IMG/VR virus record: IMGVR_UViG_3300025770_001492
Location: 181,523 to 245,522 of that record
Strand: one strand, 5' to 3'
DNA length: 64,000 nt
Positions 17,975 to 27,541 of this stretch are shown piece by piece; the stretch's first letter is position 1, and each line of letters opens with the position of its first letter. The translations under genes and the position numbers were made by a program. The notes below the pieces were generated by a model, which did no database searches, had not been told where the DNA came from, and saw nothing but the letters and a program-made list of their open reading frames with translations.

Positions 17975-18472
17975 TCATGCTACTTTCGAGAGCATTTCTT
18001 TTGCTTTATTCTCTATGTTTTTTAAACTCTCTGTTTCTTTTTGTTTTATAGACTCTAGCTCTTCTTCTATTCTTTTTCTCTCTGTGATGCACATCATGGT
18101 TCCATGGAGAGTGTTGTCACAGTTCAGGGATGCGGTGATTGCCACCCATATACGGTCTCCAGCCTTGGCACTAGGGATGCATCCCATTTTGCCTCTTTTG
18201 TTTGATAGCTTAAATTGTACTTCATAATTTTCTAAAGTATTATTATTGTCGCACAAATCAACAAGAAGCTTTTCTCTTGTTGGGCAACCGCAGTATATAT
18301 CTTTTATGTTTGTGCCAATTAATTCTTTTGCACTATTGTAACCAAACATTCTAGCACAGAAATCATTAGCTTTCAAAAAGGTTCCATCAATGGAAGTTTT
18401 ATAAATTCCAATAGGAATACTTTGCATCATTTTTTTACATTCTTGTAATTCTTTAATTTGTTGTACATCCAT
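17975..18472 (-). CDS. Stand-alone PAS-domain protein
   Basis: IPIGIYKTSIDGTFLKANDFCARMFGY...ELIG...IWVAITA...ITERKRIEEEL. Confidence 0.85.
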   Translation of the reverse strand: MDVQQIKELQECKKMMQSIPIGIYKTSIDGTFLKANDFCARMFGYNSAKELIGTNIKDIYCGCPTREKLLVDLCDNNNTLENYEVQFKLSNKRGKMGCIPSAKAGDRIWVAITASLNCDNTLHGTMMCITERKRIEEELESIKQKETESLKNIENKAKEMLSKVA

Positions 18473-18546
18473 GTGCGGTTCCTTCCAAAATTACTAGTAC
18501 TGTATCTATAACAAGCTTTGAACTTTTATGGTTCGTTTGGAAAAAT

Positions 18547-19500
18547 TTAATATACAACTTTAGTTTCTTCTAAGATTTTATTACAACTTGAAATCATTTT
18601 TTTAGGATATTCTTTGTATTTTGTGATGTCCACTGGCCAGTCATCGTTCGATAGTCTTTTTTCCCCCATTAGAATTCCATTTAAGTATAAGCTTTTGGCT
18701 TTTTTATAATTTTTCATTTGATAGTAAATATCAGCCAGTAGACACCAAAACTCTGCCATTAACGGCCTTACCGCCAAGCACGGTAAAATTTGTTGAATTG
18801 ATTTTTTATAATCTTTTTCATGAGTTAAAAAAACAATTGCCATATAGTATTTCATCATGACGACTGATTTTCCTTGACCTTCTTGGAAAAGGTATCGGTT
18901 TGCTTCATTTATAAAATGTTCATACTCTCCCATTCGCAACAAGTTGCATGCTTTGTAGTAAATGGGACCTGATAGTGTGGGACTGTCTTTCATCCAATTT
19001 TCTACAATTTCAAGTTTCTCTTTAGGATTTTGAATTTCCTGCGAGAACACTACAACAGGTATCAGGTTCGAGCATTGTATGTCAACATGTTCGTGAACAG
19101 GGTTTTTGTACTTCAAGGATTTATCTTCATTCCATATTCGAACTTCTTTGGTTATGTTTTTATTTTGCATAACTTGAATTAAATACGCAGTAGAAGCGGC
19201 ATCTTCTTCGTTTAGCAACTGAATTTTGTCATGCCCTTTAACCAAGAACTCCCAAGGCTCTAGAAAAAATATCCATTTTGATTTTGTTTTTTCTATTAAT
19301 TTGTTTTTAGCCTTGCTGAAATCTTTTTCCCACTTAATTTTGTATATGTCGCAATTAAATTTTTTGCATATTTTTAAAGTGTCATCTGTGCTTCCCAAAT
19401 CTCCTATTACTATTTGGCAATCAATTGAAAATATAGATGTTAAGCATTTTTCTATAGTTTTACTATTGTTTTTTGTCAGCAGGCAGATCGACAACGACAT
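18547..19500 (-). CDS. GT2-family glycosyltransferase with TPR-like C-terminus
   Basis: SICLLTKN, DLGSTDDT, WEKDFSKAKN; DxD position reads LEPWE. Confidence 0.8.
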   Translation of the reverse strand: MSLSICLLTKNNSKTIEKCLTSIFSIDCQIVIGDLGSTDDTLKICKKFNCDIYKIKWEKDFSKAKNKLIEKTKSKWIFFLEPWEFLVKGHDKIQLLNEEDAASTAYLIQVMQNKNITKEVRIWNEDKSLKYKNPVHEHVDIQCSNLIPVVVFSQEIQNPKEKLEIVENWMKDSPTLSGPIYYKACNLLRMGEYEHFINEANRYLFQEGQGKSVVMMKYYMAIVFLTHEKDYKKSIQQILPCLAVRPLMAEFWCLLADIYYQMKNYKKAKSLYLNGILMGEKRLSNDDWPVDITKYKEYPKKMISSCNKILEETKVVY

Positions 19501-19648
19501 TGAACCTCTCCTTTAACAAGTGAGACAGACCAATAGACTCTGGGGACATTTCCATAGAATCATAGTGTTTCTTCAAGTCTATATAACATTTTTCAGCGTC
19601 TGGACTCTCTAATAATCTTAGGTAATGTTGAATTATTTCATCTTTCAT
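19463..19648 (-). CDS. Hypothetical protein
   Basis: 61-aa ORF overlapping the GT2 start. Confidence 0.45.
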   Translation of the reverse strand: MKDEIIQHYLRLLESPDAEKCYIDLKKHYDSMEMSPESIGLSHLLKERFNVVVDLPADKKQ

Positions 19649-19937
19649 AAAATTATTATAGAAAGTTGCATCACTTTAAGAAAGGTGTAGAAATTATATC
19701 TGATAAAAAAACAAAGTTTCTCCCTATCTTATAGGATCAGAACAGGAATGTACAATAAGCAACAATTAACCAACCAACTAACAAAGGGTTGAAAATGTTT
19801 TAGATCTTGCAAGGGATTCTGGAATTGATCTTTATAATTATAAAGATCAAGGAGGTCTAATTGACGCTGTAACAGGTAAGCGGATGTTTCAAGAACAACG
19901 TCTACAAATTGCAAGATACGAATTAATATGAGGTAAA

Positions 19938-20483
19938 ATGTCCACAGAATATTTAAACAATAAAACTTTTGAAGTAATGATATGTAAATTTCAAGGGTCT
20001 AAAAGAAATAAAGCAAGATATGAATTAATTTTAGAAGATTTAAAAGACAAAAGAAAAAGAAAAAATAAAAGAAAAGCAAACACAAAAGAAGACAACAAGT
20101 CATTAAATCAGAATGTGAAATTATACGACCAAGCAAGTCAAGACTATAGCGACTCACAAGTAGACTTGGCAAATGCTTTTTACAAGCTTTCTGAGAACAT
20201 TGTGAGATATGCCAAATTCAATCTAATTGATGTAGACGATGCTGTTCAAGAAGGCGTAATGATTTGTTTTGACAAAATAGATCGTTTTGACCCCCAAAAA
20301 GGAAAAGCTTTCAACTACATGACGACGTGTATATTAAATCACTTCCGACAGCTTTATAGGACTGCTAGAAATTATAATGAATTAAAGAAAAAATATCATG
20401 ATTTTCTAAATATTCAACTGTATTCCCCCGCCTTTAGAAACGGGAAAGATCTCAGGACAAACTCGTGGAATGATAGAAGATAG
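19938..20483 (+). CDS. T4 gp55-like late sigma factor (sigma70 region 2 type)
   Basis: DDAVQEGVMICFDKIDRFDPQKGKAFNYMTTCILNHF; RBS gaggt. Confidence 0.75.
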   Translation: MSTEYLNNKTFEVMICKFQGSKRNKARYELILEDLKDKRKRKNKRKANTKEDNKSLNQNVKLYDQASQDYSDSQVDLANAFYKLSENIVRYAKFNLIDVDDAVQEGVMICFDKIDRFDPQKGKAFNYMTTCILNHFRQLYRTARNYNELKKKYHDFLNIQLYSPAFRNGKDLRTNSWNDRR

Positions 20484-20552
20484 ATTTATTTTTAAAACAT
20501 GCATTGAAATGAGTGAATGGTTTTTATATATTTGATGTTGTAAGGATAAACT

Positions 20553-20810
20553 ATGCAAAACACAGACATGATAGACATTCTTGAAAGACAAGAAGTTATA
20601 GACAAGCTTGTTGATAAAGGATATGGAGAACTGGTTGAGGCATTTCTTTTAAATGAGTCAACAGTGTATACAAAAAAAGGTAGACTTAACAAGTGTGGAG
20701 CTTGCAGGGTTCTCGGGTGGAAAACCAAGAAATTAGAGGATGCCCTAGCAGAGTGCAGAGAAATACTTGCTTCTGAATTTGACGACTTAGTCGAAGAAGA
20801 TGAAGATTAA
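20553..20810 (+). CDS. Hypothetical protein
   Basis: TATATA at 20525 and RBS aagga upstream. Confidence 0.6.
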   Translation: MQNTDMIDILERQEVIDKLVDKGYGELVEAFLLNESTVYTKKGRLNKCGACRVLGWKTKKLEDALAECREILASEFDDLVEEDED

Positions 20811-20904
20811 GATCATCCGCCGTTGCATCTTAGCAAGCCCTTTGCCGCTTAGAGCGAGTTTCTCGATTGAGGACTGGACTGAAGGTTATTGGAAGGTGAT
20901 TGTG

Positions 20905-21417
20905 TTATTGTGTTATTATGTAAGCTCTGTCGTATCTTAAGGTTAATTCGCAAACCACATGTTCGGAATCACCATAATCTAAATCTCCAAAGTCTACGCT
21001 TTGAGGATATAGGTTTTCGTATCGCCATATTTCTATAGGGTCGCCACAGCCACTTAGCATTGAAAGGTCCCCATTCTTTTTGAATCCTTCATTTGGCACG
21101 TCCCATTCCCCATTGTTGTTTCCGCCAGGGTTGTATATCTCCTGAATCCAGCCAAATATTGGATGATATTGTTTTGCCAAATCATATAACACTAGTGTTA
21201 TAGGTTTCCAATCGGGTTTCACGGGGTAATATATTGTTTCATTTAGATGTTGAGCTTCCTGTTCTTTGAAGTCTATAGAGGGCCTAGCAGATTTACTTGG
21301 AGGCAATGAGTTAACGCCTGATTGAGATATTCCTGGTATAGAAAACTCCCATCTAAACTTTTGCTTCCAGCATAAGCTTTTTCTTTCAAGTCCAAAATCA
21401 AGTCCCATATTAGCCAT
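20905..21417 (-). CDS. Tail tube protein (T4 gp19-like), paralog 2
   Basis: KFRWEF, ARPSI, WKPITLVLYD, YPQSVDFGDLDY, LTLRYD. Confidence 0.88.
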   Translation of the reverse strand: MANMGLDFGLERKSLCWKQKFRWEFSIPGISQSGVNSLPPSKSARPSIDFKEQEAQHLNETIYYPVKPDWKPITLVLYDLAKQYHPIFGWIQEIYNPGGNNNGEWDVPNEGFKKNGDLSMLSGCGDPIEIWRYENLYPQSVDFGDLDYGDSEHVVCELTLRYDRAYIITQ

Positions 21418-22201
21418 TTTTGTATCCCAATTCTTGCATGTAAGTTTTTAATTTTGAGTATTTTTCAAACATCTCGTTTTTTCTTTTGTCGCCAAGTTTA
21501 AAATCTCTTTCATCATCTGGAGAAGCTTTATGGATAACTTTCCATTCTGAGATAAATTTATCTGTTTCAGTCGTTTTTAGTTCTCCTAAAAATCTTAAAA
21601 GATCGCAAATTATTTCTTCTTTTTCTTCATTGCTTTTTTGCGACAACTTATCTATTTGAAACAAAAAAGATTCATTATTGCTTTTGTAAAATTCATAAGA
21701 TTTTATCCAAAGATCTATCCATTCTTCTAGATTTTGTTTTTTTACAAAAGTATTTTTTTGAGATTCAAAGGATAAAAAAGGATCTCTAATGCAAACTATC
21801 CACTTTGCGTTGTTCCAAACTCTTTTAAGAGTCTCAACTTCTTTTTTTCTTGCGCATAGCCATAATGCTTTGTGCCCCCATTTTGTTTGTCCTGGTTTTT
21901 GATTTCCGTATCCTGAAATAAATTCATAAATCATTTTTCTCCAAATTGATTCACACCTTTGCGGATTACTACCGGAGTAGTGTGGAATTGCATAGTCTTT
22001 AACCGTTTTGCTCTTGTTTGATTTTTCCCCCCACTCTCCAGCTTGTATCATTTTATCAAGCCATTGTGTACTTTCTTTCCAAGATAACTTAGGCTCTTGC
22101 CCGTGTATGTATATGTTGGGGTGAGAGCATAAAAAAAATTGCATCCATGTGGTTCCACTTCGAGGCGGTCCAGTTATGACTATAGGGTTATCGTATTGCA
22201 T
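21410..22201 (-). CDS. Sulfotransferase-family protein
   Basis: 5'-PSB ITGPPRSGTT; 3'-PB CIRDPFLS. Confidence 0.85.
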   Translation of the reverse strand: MQYDNPIVITGPPRSGTTWMQFFLCSHPNIYIHGQEPKLSWKESTQWLDKMIQAGEWGEKSNKSKTVKDYAIPHYSGSNPQRCESIWRKMIYEFISGYGNQKPGQTKWGHKALWLCARKKEVETLKRVWNNAKWIVCIRDPFLSFESQKNTFVKKQNLEEWIDLWIKSYEFYKSNNESFLFQIDKLSQKSNEEKEEIICDLLRFLGELKTTETDKFISEWKVIHKASPDDERDFKLGDKRKNEMFEKYSKLKTYMQELGYKNG

Positions 22202-22214
22202 GTGTTTATATAGT

Positions 22215-22250
22215 AAAAAAAGCCTGTGTTTGAAAAAACACAGGCTTTTC
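22215..22250. terminator. Intrinsic terminator after tube paralog 1
   Basis: agcctgtgttt-gaaa-aaacacaggct flanked by A/T tracts. Confidence 0.8.
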
Positions 22251-22283
22251 TTATGGCCGGAAGTAAAACATGTTGTAGGAGTT

Positions 22284-22877
22284 CTAGCTAACTGTTCCTA
22301 GTACAGTTCCTCCAGATGTACCAGTACAAGGACCACAACAGCTTTGTGGCGTGTAACCAGGACAAACTGATCTATAATCAACCGAAGCATATCTCAACGT
22401 TAGCTCGATTGTTGACTCTTCGGAACTAGAATAGTCTAGTTCTCCAAAGTTCATGGCTGTTGGCCACATATCGTTCAATACCCAAGTTTCGAGAACGTTT
22501 CCACAACCGTCAAACAGGTTGAGCGTTCCACGACCAGAGTAGTGAATTCTTTGAGATCCCTGCTTAAGGGCGACAGGATCTGTAAATTCATAGACACTGG
22601 CAAGCCAGTTCCATAAAGGTGCGTTATCTATAGTAGCAACGTCATAGTATGTTACTGTAATTGTTTCCCAAGTCGCTTTGCCTGGAATAAAGGTCTTAGC
22701 GTTTTGGAAATTAATTTCCGTTTCTTCAATTGATAGGTTTGGTCTCGAAGCGATTTTAACAAAGTGTTCTTCAACGGATTGTCCACCGCAAATTTCATCT
22801 ACACGAAAAGTCCAACGGAACTTTCTCTTGAAGATCAATTGAGAACCACCTAATTTTCCAATTCCCATGTTTGCCAT
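22284..22877 (-). CDS. Tail tube protein (T4 gp19-like), paralog 1
   Basis: KFRWTF, SRPNL, WETITVTYYD, WPTAMNFGELDY, LTLRY; Cys-rich C-terminal tail. Confidence 0.92.
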   Translation of the reverse strand: MANMGIGKLGGSQLIFKRKFRWTFRVDEICGGQSVEEHFVKIASRPNLSIEETEINFQNAKTFIPGKATWETITVTYYDVATIDNAPLWNWLASVYEFTDPVALKQGSQRIHYSGRGTLNLFDGCGNVLETWVLNDMWPTAMNFGELDYSSSEESTIELTLRYASVDYRSVCPGYTPQSCCGPCTGTSGGTVLGTVS

Positions 22878-22924
22878 AATGTTAATTCTCCTAAATATTT
22901 AGATGATTTTTATTTCAACAAATA

Positions 22925-22949
22925 CCCCCTGCTCAGGACGAGCAGGGGG
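22925..22949. terminator. GC-rich hairpin between sheath and tube genes
   Basis: ccccctgctc-aggac-gagcaggggg; weak U tract. Confidence 0.6.
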
Positions 22950-22963
22950 GATCTATCTATTTT

Positions 22964-25321
22964 TTAGAACGTGTCAGCATTCTCTGCGAAGCTGCCAGTT
23001 CTGTGAACGCTGAATTCTATAAACATAAATTCAACGGCTCTTGTTGGTTGAACACCGATTCTCGCTCGGAACTCATTTCGATCTATTACATCTGGTGTGT
23101 TAAGCTCTTCATCGGCTTGGATGATGAAGTCGGTTAAACCACGACCAATTTGAACTTCTCTAAGAATTTCAGTTGAAATGTCAACAAATCTTTGTCTAAA
23201 GACTTCGTCATGTGGATCGAAAAGTAAACCTCTCGAAGCTTGTCTAATTCTCTTTTCAAGAACAAAGAGAAGCCTTCTGACATTAACACGATCCAGTGCT
23301 GTAGGTCTTCTTTGAAGAGTCTTTTGACCCCATACAAGGAAACCATCAAAATCGCTAAAGTTCACGATAGGATTAACAGCGTTTCTATTTCCGTACATTA
23401 AGTCTCTTTCTTCAAGAGTTGGACGGGAATAAACATCTGAAATTCCAGGAACGATACCACGATTTGCACCAGCGGGAGCAAACCAAGGTTCTGCTAATTG
23501 ATCACTTCTTGCATAAACTGCCATCACTGACCCAGATGGTGGAACCCAAACATCTACTCTATTGAAGTTGTCTCTTACCTTGACCCAAGGCCAGTAAAGA
23601 GCACCAAAGTCACTATCAAATCTAGTAGTGTTTAGAGGGTGAGCACCGTTCTGCCATTGAACTATTTCATCAACAGTTAGACCGAATGGTGGGTCTATCA
23701 ACGCCAGACAATCCTGTCTAAAGTTTTCACAAACGTCCAGCATAGCAAGAACGATTGATGTAGATGGATGACCTGGAACAGCAATCAAATCAATGTCGAT
23801 TTGCTCTGGCTCAGATAAGGCATAAAGCCCACTGTATGACAGAGAGTTTCCAATGATTAGAGCATCTTGATCGTCTGGATCTGATGGAATTCCATCACTA
23901 CCGCCTGCAAGGCTGTATGTTCCATCCAGTGGCGGTGCAAGAGTGGCTGTGTTGTCTTGAACACGAACCCAATCTGATACCAATGTCAGGAATGTTTCTA
24001 CGTAGAACCTACTAGAGGAATCTTTAACAAGGTTGCCCCAAGATTCTACTTGATTGGAATCATTGTAGACATCCATAGTGAAAACGCCTTCTCTAGTATC
24101 GTTTTTAATAACGACTTGAGTTGCGTTTCCATCAACACCAGCACTATCTGCTGTAAGGGTGAAACTGTTAGTACTGGCAACAGAGTTTCCAGTTACAATT
24201 CCGTATGTTTCAACAGCAGCATCTCCGCTTACACCAGATGGGCTTGCACCCTCTGCTGTGACACCATCAAAATCAAACAATGAAGCAGCGGTGCTTTCTG
24301 TTTTGATTAAGAGTCGTGCGTCTCGTCCGTGATGCAGAGTTTGAAGCGTTAGGTTGTCACCAGTTGCAACAGCTTCAAATCCGCCAGGAATATCTCCATT
24401 AGTAATTTGAAGATTGATTTCCGTTAGAACTTCAAGAGTTGTTTTTTCTGCACCTTCTAGAACGGCCAAGTCAACAACTTGAACCACATTGTCGATAAGA
24501 ACATTGTCTGTTCCGTCAACAACAATTAAAAGCTGAAGATTAGAAAGACCAGTGAAGTCCCATTCTCCTGGTCCTTGATATCCATCTACTGGATATCTGT
24601 CTTCGCCAGAAGTAGAAGCAGCAATAGTCATTCCTGTTCCTAGTCCTGTTACAGAACTAGAACCACCATAGATAGCATCTTGAACAGATACCAGTTCTAA
24701 AGAAGCGTCTGGTCCATATGCGAATGTGCTTTCGACTGCAATTCTATTTGATCCGTCGCATGTGAACTGAATTCCGTCAACTGTTGAATCGAGTTGATCA
24801 TTTAAAGCTTCTGCCAGATCTTCACATGTGTATGGGCCTGGTGTTGTTCTGTTGGCGTCTGCCAACACAACCAAAGTTTTAGATGCTAAAACTCCATTCA
24901 GTTTCCAGCGGAAAAATGAATCGTCGCCAAACGAATATGTTTCTGCTGTGTCTGATTGAATTATGATTTGACCACCTGCAACAGGTACGTCAAATTCAGC
25001 AGTAGTGGCACGTTCGTCACTGACTGCGTCTTGGTCGCCAACTCTAACTACGTATAGTTCGTTAGCAACTAATAAATATTGCTCGGCAGCGTAAATCAAG
25101 TAGGGATCACCACTCTCAGGATGTGGATATCCAAATACTGTGTGTAGTTCTCTACTTGTTCTCACAACAGTAGGAATATTAATTGGGCCTTTACTTGCAA
25201 ACCCAACTAATCCTGCTCTGTGAAAAGACTGCTCAGGAGCAATAAAAGATAAATCTTTTTCAGCAATTCGAACGCTTGGTGAAATTGTGTTCGAAGGCGG
25301 AAATCCCCTTAATATCGCCAT
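22964..25321 (-). CDS. Contractile tail sheath protein (T4 gp18-like)
   Basis: SPSVRIAEKDLS, LYWPWVKV, VPPSG, WFAPAG, GQKTL, RVNVRRL, PTRAVEF. Confidence 0.95.
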   Translation of the reverse strand: MAILRGFPPSNTISPSVRIAEKDLSFIAPEQSFHRAGLVGFASKGPINIPTVVRTSRELHTVFGYPHPESGDPYLIYAAEQYLLVANELYVVRVGDQDAVSDERATTAEFDVPVAGGQIIIQSDTAETYSFGDDSFFRWKLNGVLASKTLVVLADANRTTPGPYTCEDLAEALNDQLDSTVDGIQFTCDGSNRIAVESTFAYGPDASLELVSVQDAIYGGSSSVTGLGTGMTIAASTSGEDRYPVDGYQGPGEWDFTGLSNLQLLIVVDGTDNVLIDNVVQVVDLAVLEGAEKTTLEVLTEINLQITNGDIPGGFEAVATGDNLTLQTLHHGRDARLLIKTESTAASLFDFDGVTAEGASPSGVSGDAAVETYGIVTGNSVASTNSFTLTADSAGVDGNATQVVIKNDTREGVFTMDVYNDSNQVESWGNLVKDSSSRFYVETFLTLVSDWVRVQDNTATLAPPLDGTYSLAGGSDGIPSDPDDQDALIIGNSLSYSGLYALSEPEQIDIDLIAVPGHPSTSIVLAMLDVCENFRQDCLALIDPPFGLTVDEIVQWQNGAHPLNTTRFDSDFGALYWPWVKVRDNFNRVDVWVPPSGSVMAVYARSDQLAEPWFAPAGANRGIVPGISDVYSRPTLEERDLMYGNRNAVNPIVNFSDFDGFLVWGQKTLQRRPTALDRVNVRRLLFVLEKRIRQASRGLLFDPHDEVFRQRFVDISTEILREVQIGRGLTDFIIQADEELNTPDVIDRNEFRARIGVQPTRAVEFMFIEFSVHRTGSFAENADTF

Positions 25322-25325
25322 AGTG

Positions 25326-25547
25326 TTATTCTCCCTTACTCAATTTGTCTGATATTTTTCGTGTTGAAATCAAGCCATCTTGTTCTGCTTTGTCAACATA
25401 ATCTGTTTTTCTTTCGTCTGCTAAGAATCTAACATTTTGATTTTTACCAATTCCAGGAATGTTAAGGCATGTGAAAGAGTTAGTTTTTTTCGTAGAACGA
25501 ACTACTAACTGTACCGGCCATCTTTTCTTATTGGTTATTTCAATCAT
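25326..25547 (-). CDS. Hypothetical tail-region protein
   Basis: 73-aa ORF coupled between gp15-like and sheath genes. Confidence 0.6.
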   Translation of the reverse strand: MIEITNKKRWPVQLVVRSTKKTNSFTCLNIPGIGKNQNVRFLADERKTDYVDKAEQDGLISTRKISDKLSKGE

Positions 25548-26536
25548 GATAATTCCTCAACAGCATCTTCTAGCCTATTGAATACCTCAGTAATTTCTTC
25601 TTGCTTGGTGCTGTTGAAAATATTTGTTTTAGTTTTCAACACTGCCTTGCGTCTAGTAATAGGCTGAGGTATATATGTTTCAGCCGTCAGATTAAATTGA
25701 TATTTTACAACTCTAATGTTTTGATCTCCTGGTTCAACGTCTAAATTGTTAGCTATTGAATCTAGTTTTACCCCCGTTTCCCACGGGACTCCTCGTACTT
25801 TTATATATGCAATTGGACTAAATTTCAAAAGTAATTGCTCTATAATTTGATTCATGTCCTCAATGTATAGGGTCCACGCATACAGGGTGAAGCCAACATC
25901 AATCGGAATCCCCCTTGCAGTCCCAAACACAGTATCTCTCTCATGCTTTTCATTCGTTGTAAATCCAGGCTTTCTGTCTGGTCTGTATCTTCTCATCCAA
26001 TCTAGGGCTTTGTGATATGTGTATCTGTCTTGATTGAATTGCAAATCTGATGAGTATATTGCGAGCATAGGGAGCTTGATTCTGTCTACGACTAGACTGT
26101 TGTCTTTTCTAACATTGTCCTGCATCATTGCTGCAACAGCCCTTTCTTGCGATGCCCAAATGATTGGAACGGGATGAGACTTTCCATCCTCATCGATTAC
26201 GACTATATCTTCAAAGAGTTGCTTGACCGCTTCGTCTGCACCTCTTAGCCCTTTTGCATATCTAACTATTGTGTTTCTATCTGGGTTGTCTAAGTCATTT
26301 ACAATATTCCCGCTTTGCATCGGGTCGCAGTTTGCCGATTCTCCAATGCCGGTTTTCTTGTTGCTTGCATCTTCTAGCCAACTCACATCAGTTCTGTCAT
26401 TGATCGATCTATCGTGTTCATCTGCACAATATTCTGGTGGTACATCATTCAAAATGCTTGCCTGTTTAATTGGCTTCTCATTGCATTCGTTTAATGATTT
26501 TTGATTTTGATTTCCTGAGTTGATTATTTTTGCCAT
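25544..26536 (-). CDS. Tail sheath stabilizer/terminator (T4 gp15-like)
   Basis: VPIIWASQER, IKLPMLAI, PIDVGFTL, MNQIIEQLLLKFSP, FNLTAETY. Confidence 0.8.
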   Translation of the reverse strand: MAKIINSGNQNQKSLNECNEKPIKQASILNDVPPEYCADEHDRSINDRTDVSWLEDASNKKTGIGESANCDPMQSGNIVNDLDNPDRNTIVRYAKGLRGADEAVKQLFEDIVVIDEDGKSHPVPIIWASQERAVAAMMQDNVRKDNSLVVDRIKLPMLAIYSSDLQFNQDRYTYHKALDWMRRYRPDRKPGFTTNEKHERDTVFGTARGIPIDVGFTLYAWTLYIEDMNQIIEQLLLKFSPIAYIKVRGVPWETGVKLDSIANNLDVEPGDQNIRVVKYQFNLTAETYIPQPITRRKAVLKTKTNIFNSTKQEEITEVFNRLEDAVEELS

Positions 26537-26577
26537 ACCTGATAACCTTTTAGTTAGTTATGCTTTCATTTACATAA

Positions 26578-27423
26578 ATGAGAATCCAAATGGATAAATT
26601 AGAAATTAAATATAGAACATATTTCAAAGGAGTTCCTCCCAAGAAGATTAAACTCAAGATACCAGGCTGGTCTGGGAGCAAGGAACATGGCGATGGGTCA
26701 AAACCTCAGCCTTGGCACTGTGTTCCATTTGTCGAAGGGTCTACTTATGGTTTGGAATTGATTTATCCATTTGAGACGGAATGTGTAGTTACAAAAAAAG
26801 ATGGAAAAATTAAATTTTTAGGAGACTTTTCCAATGAGTCTCCTTGGAGCGAAAGCGGAGATCCTCCATTTTCATCCTTTGCGCAGGACCACTATGGGTT
26901 CACGTCCTCTTTAAATTTAAAACCTCCCGAAGGGTTCTCAATTAGAATCGAACCACACCCTAGATTTTTCACAGATACTTCTGGCACAGTTCCTATTGCT
27001 GTGCCAGGGCATATACAGAGGTGGTGGCCAAGAATATTTTTTGTAGTTTTTAAATCTCCAAAAGAAGGAGAAAAGCATATATTTAAATGTGGAGAGCCTT
27101 ATGCAAGTTTGTTAGTTGTTCCAAGCAAGATTGATTACGATCTTAAGAAGATGAGCGAAAAAGAAGTTAATTCTATGAATTTGCGTGATAGTAGAATTGT
27201 AAATTCAAAAAAAAGTATTTGCAAACATAATTGGCATGACCATGTTGGAAACAATTTTGATGACAAGTATAAACAGTTGAATAAAATATGCGGCATTCAC
27301 GGGGAAGAACATTTAGACGAATACTTAAGAAGCATCCAGTGCCCTAAAAGAAATACTAAGTTAATAGGAAATTTTGTAAAAGTAAAAAATGAGACACTTC
27401 AAAATAAAAAAAAGAAAAAATAG
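26578..27423 (+). CDS. Hypothetical protein, DUF6065-like
   Basis: WHCVPFVEGSTYGLELIYP and FKCGEPYASLLVVP resemble DUF6065 as recalled. Confidence 0.5.
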   Translation: MRIQMDKLEIKYRTYFKGVPPKKIKLKIPGWSGSKEHGDGSKPQPWHCVPFVEGSTYGLELIYPFETECVVTKKDGKIKFLGDFSNESPWSESGDPPFSSFAQDHYGFTSSLNLKPPEGFSIRIEPHPRFFTDTSGTVPIAVPGHIQRWWPRIFFVVFKSPKEGEKHIFKCGEPYASLLVVPSKIDYDLKKMSEKEVNSMNLRDSRIVNSKKSICKHNWHDHVGNNFDDKYKQLNKICGIHGEEHLDEYLRSIQCPKRNTKLIGNFVKVKNETLQNKKKKK

Positions 27424-27541
27424 GAAACCAGTTTTTATATGGGGAAATAGAGGAAGTCTGGCCAATCCAAAATTTCCTAGAATAATTTTTTGGAAGATTA
27501 ACAAGCCAGAATTTTTTGTTGAATTTACATTTAAAAATTAA
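27389..27541 (+). CDS. Possible 50-aa basic peptide (not in ORF track)
   Basis: MRHFKIKKRKNRKPVFIWG...; fills an otherwise empty gap. Confidence 0.35.
   Translation: MRHFKIKKRKNRKPVFIWGNRGSLANPKFPRIIFWKINKPEFFVEFTFKN

Noticed and set aside
19748-19930. Possible frameshifted small gene (MYNKQQLTNQLTK + VENVLDLARDSG...ELI) upstream of the sigma factor
   Set aside because: Needs a 1-nt deletion in AAAGGG, has no recognisable motif and a poor RBS; cannot be supported without homologs
20901-20916. 8-nt tandem duplication creating the tube2 stop codon; removing one copy would add about 16 aa
   Set aside because: The tube domain is complete before it and the extension is featureless; may be chance
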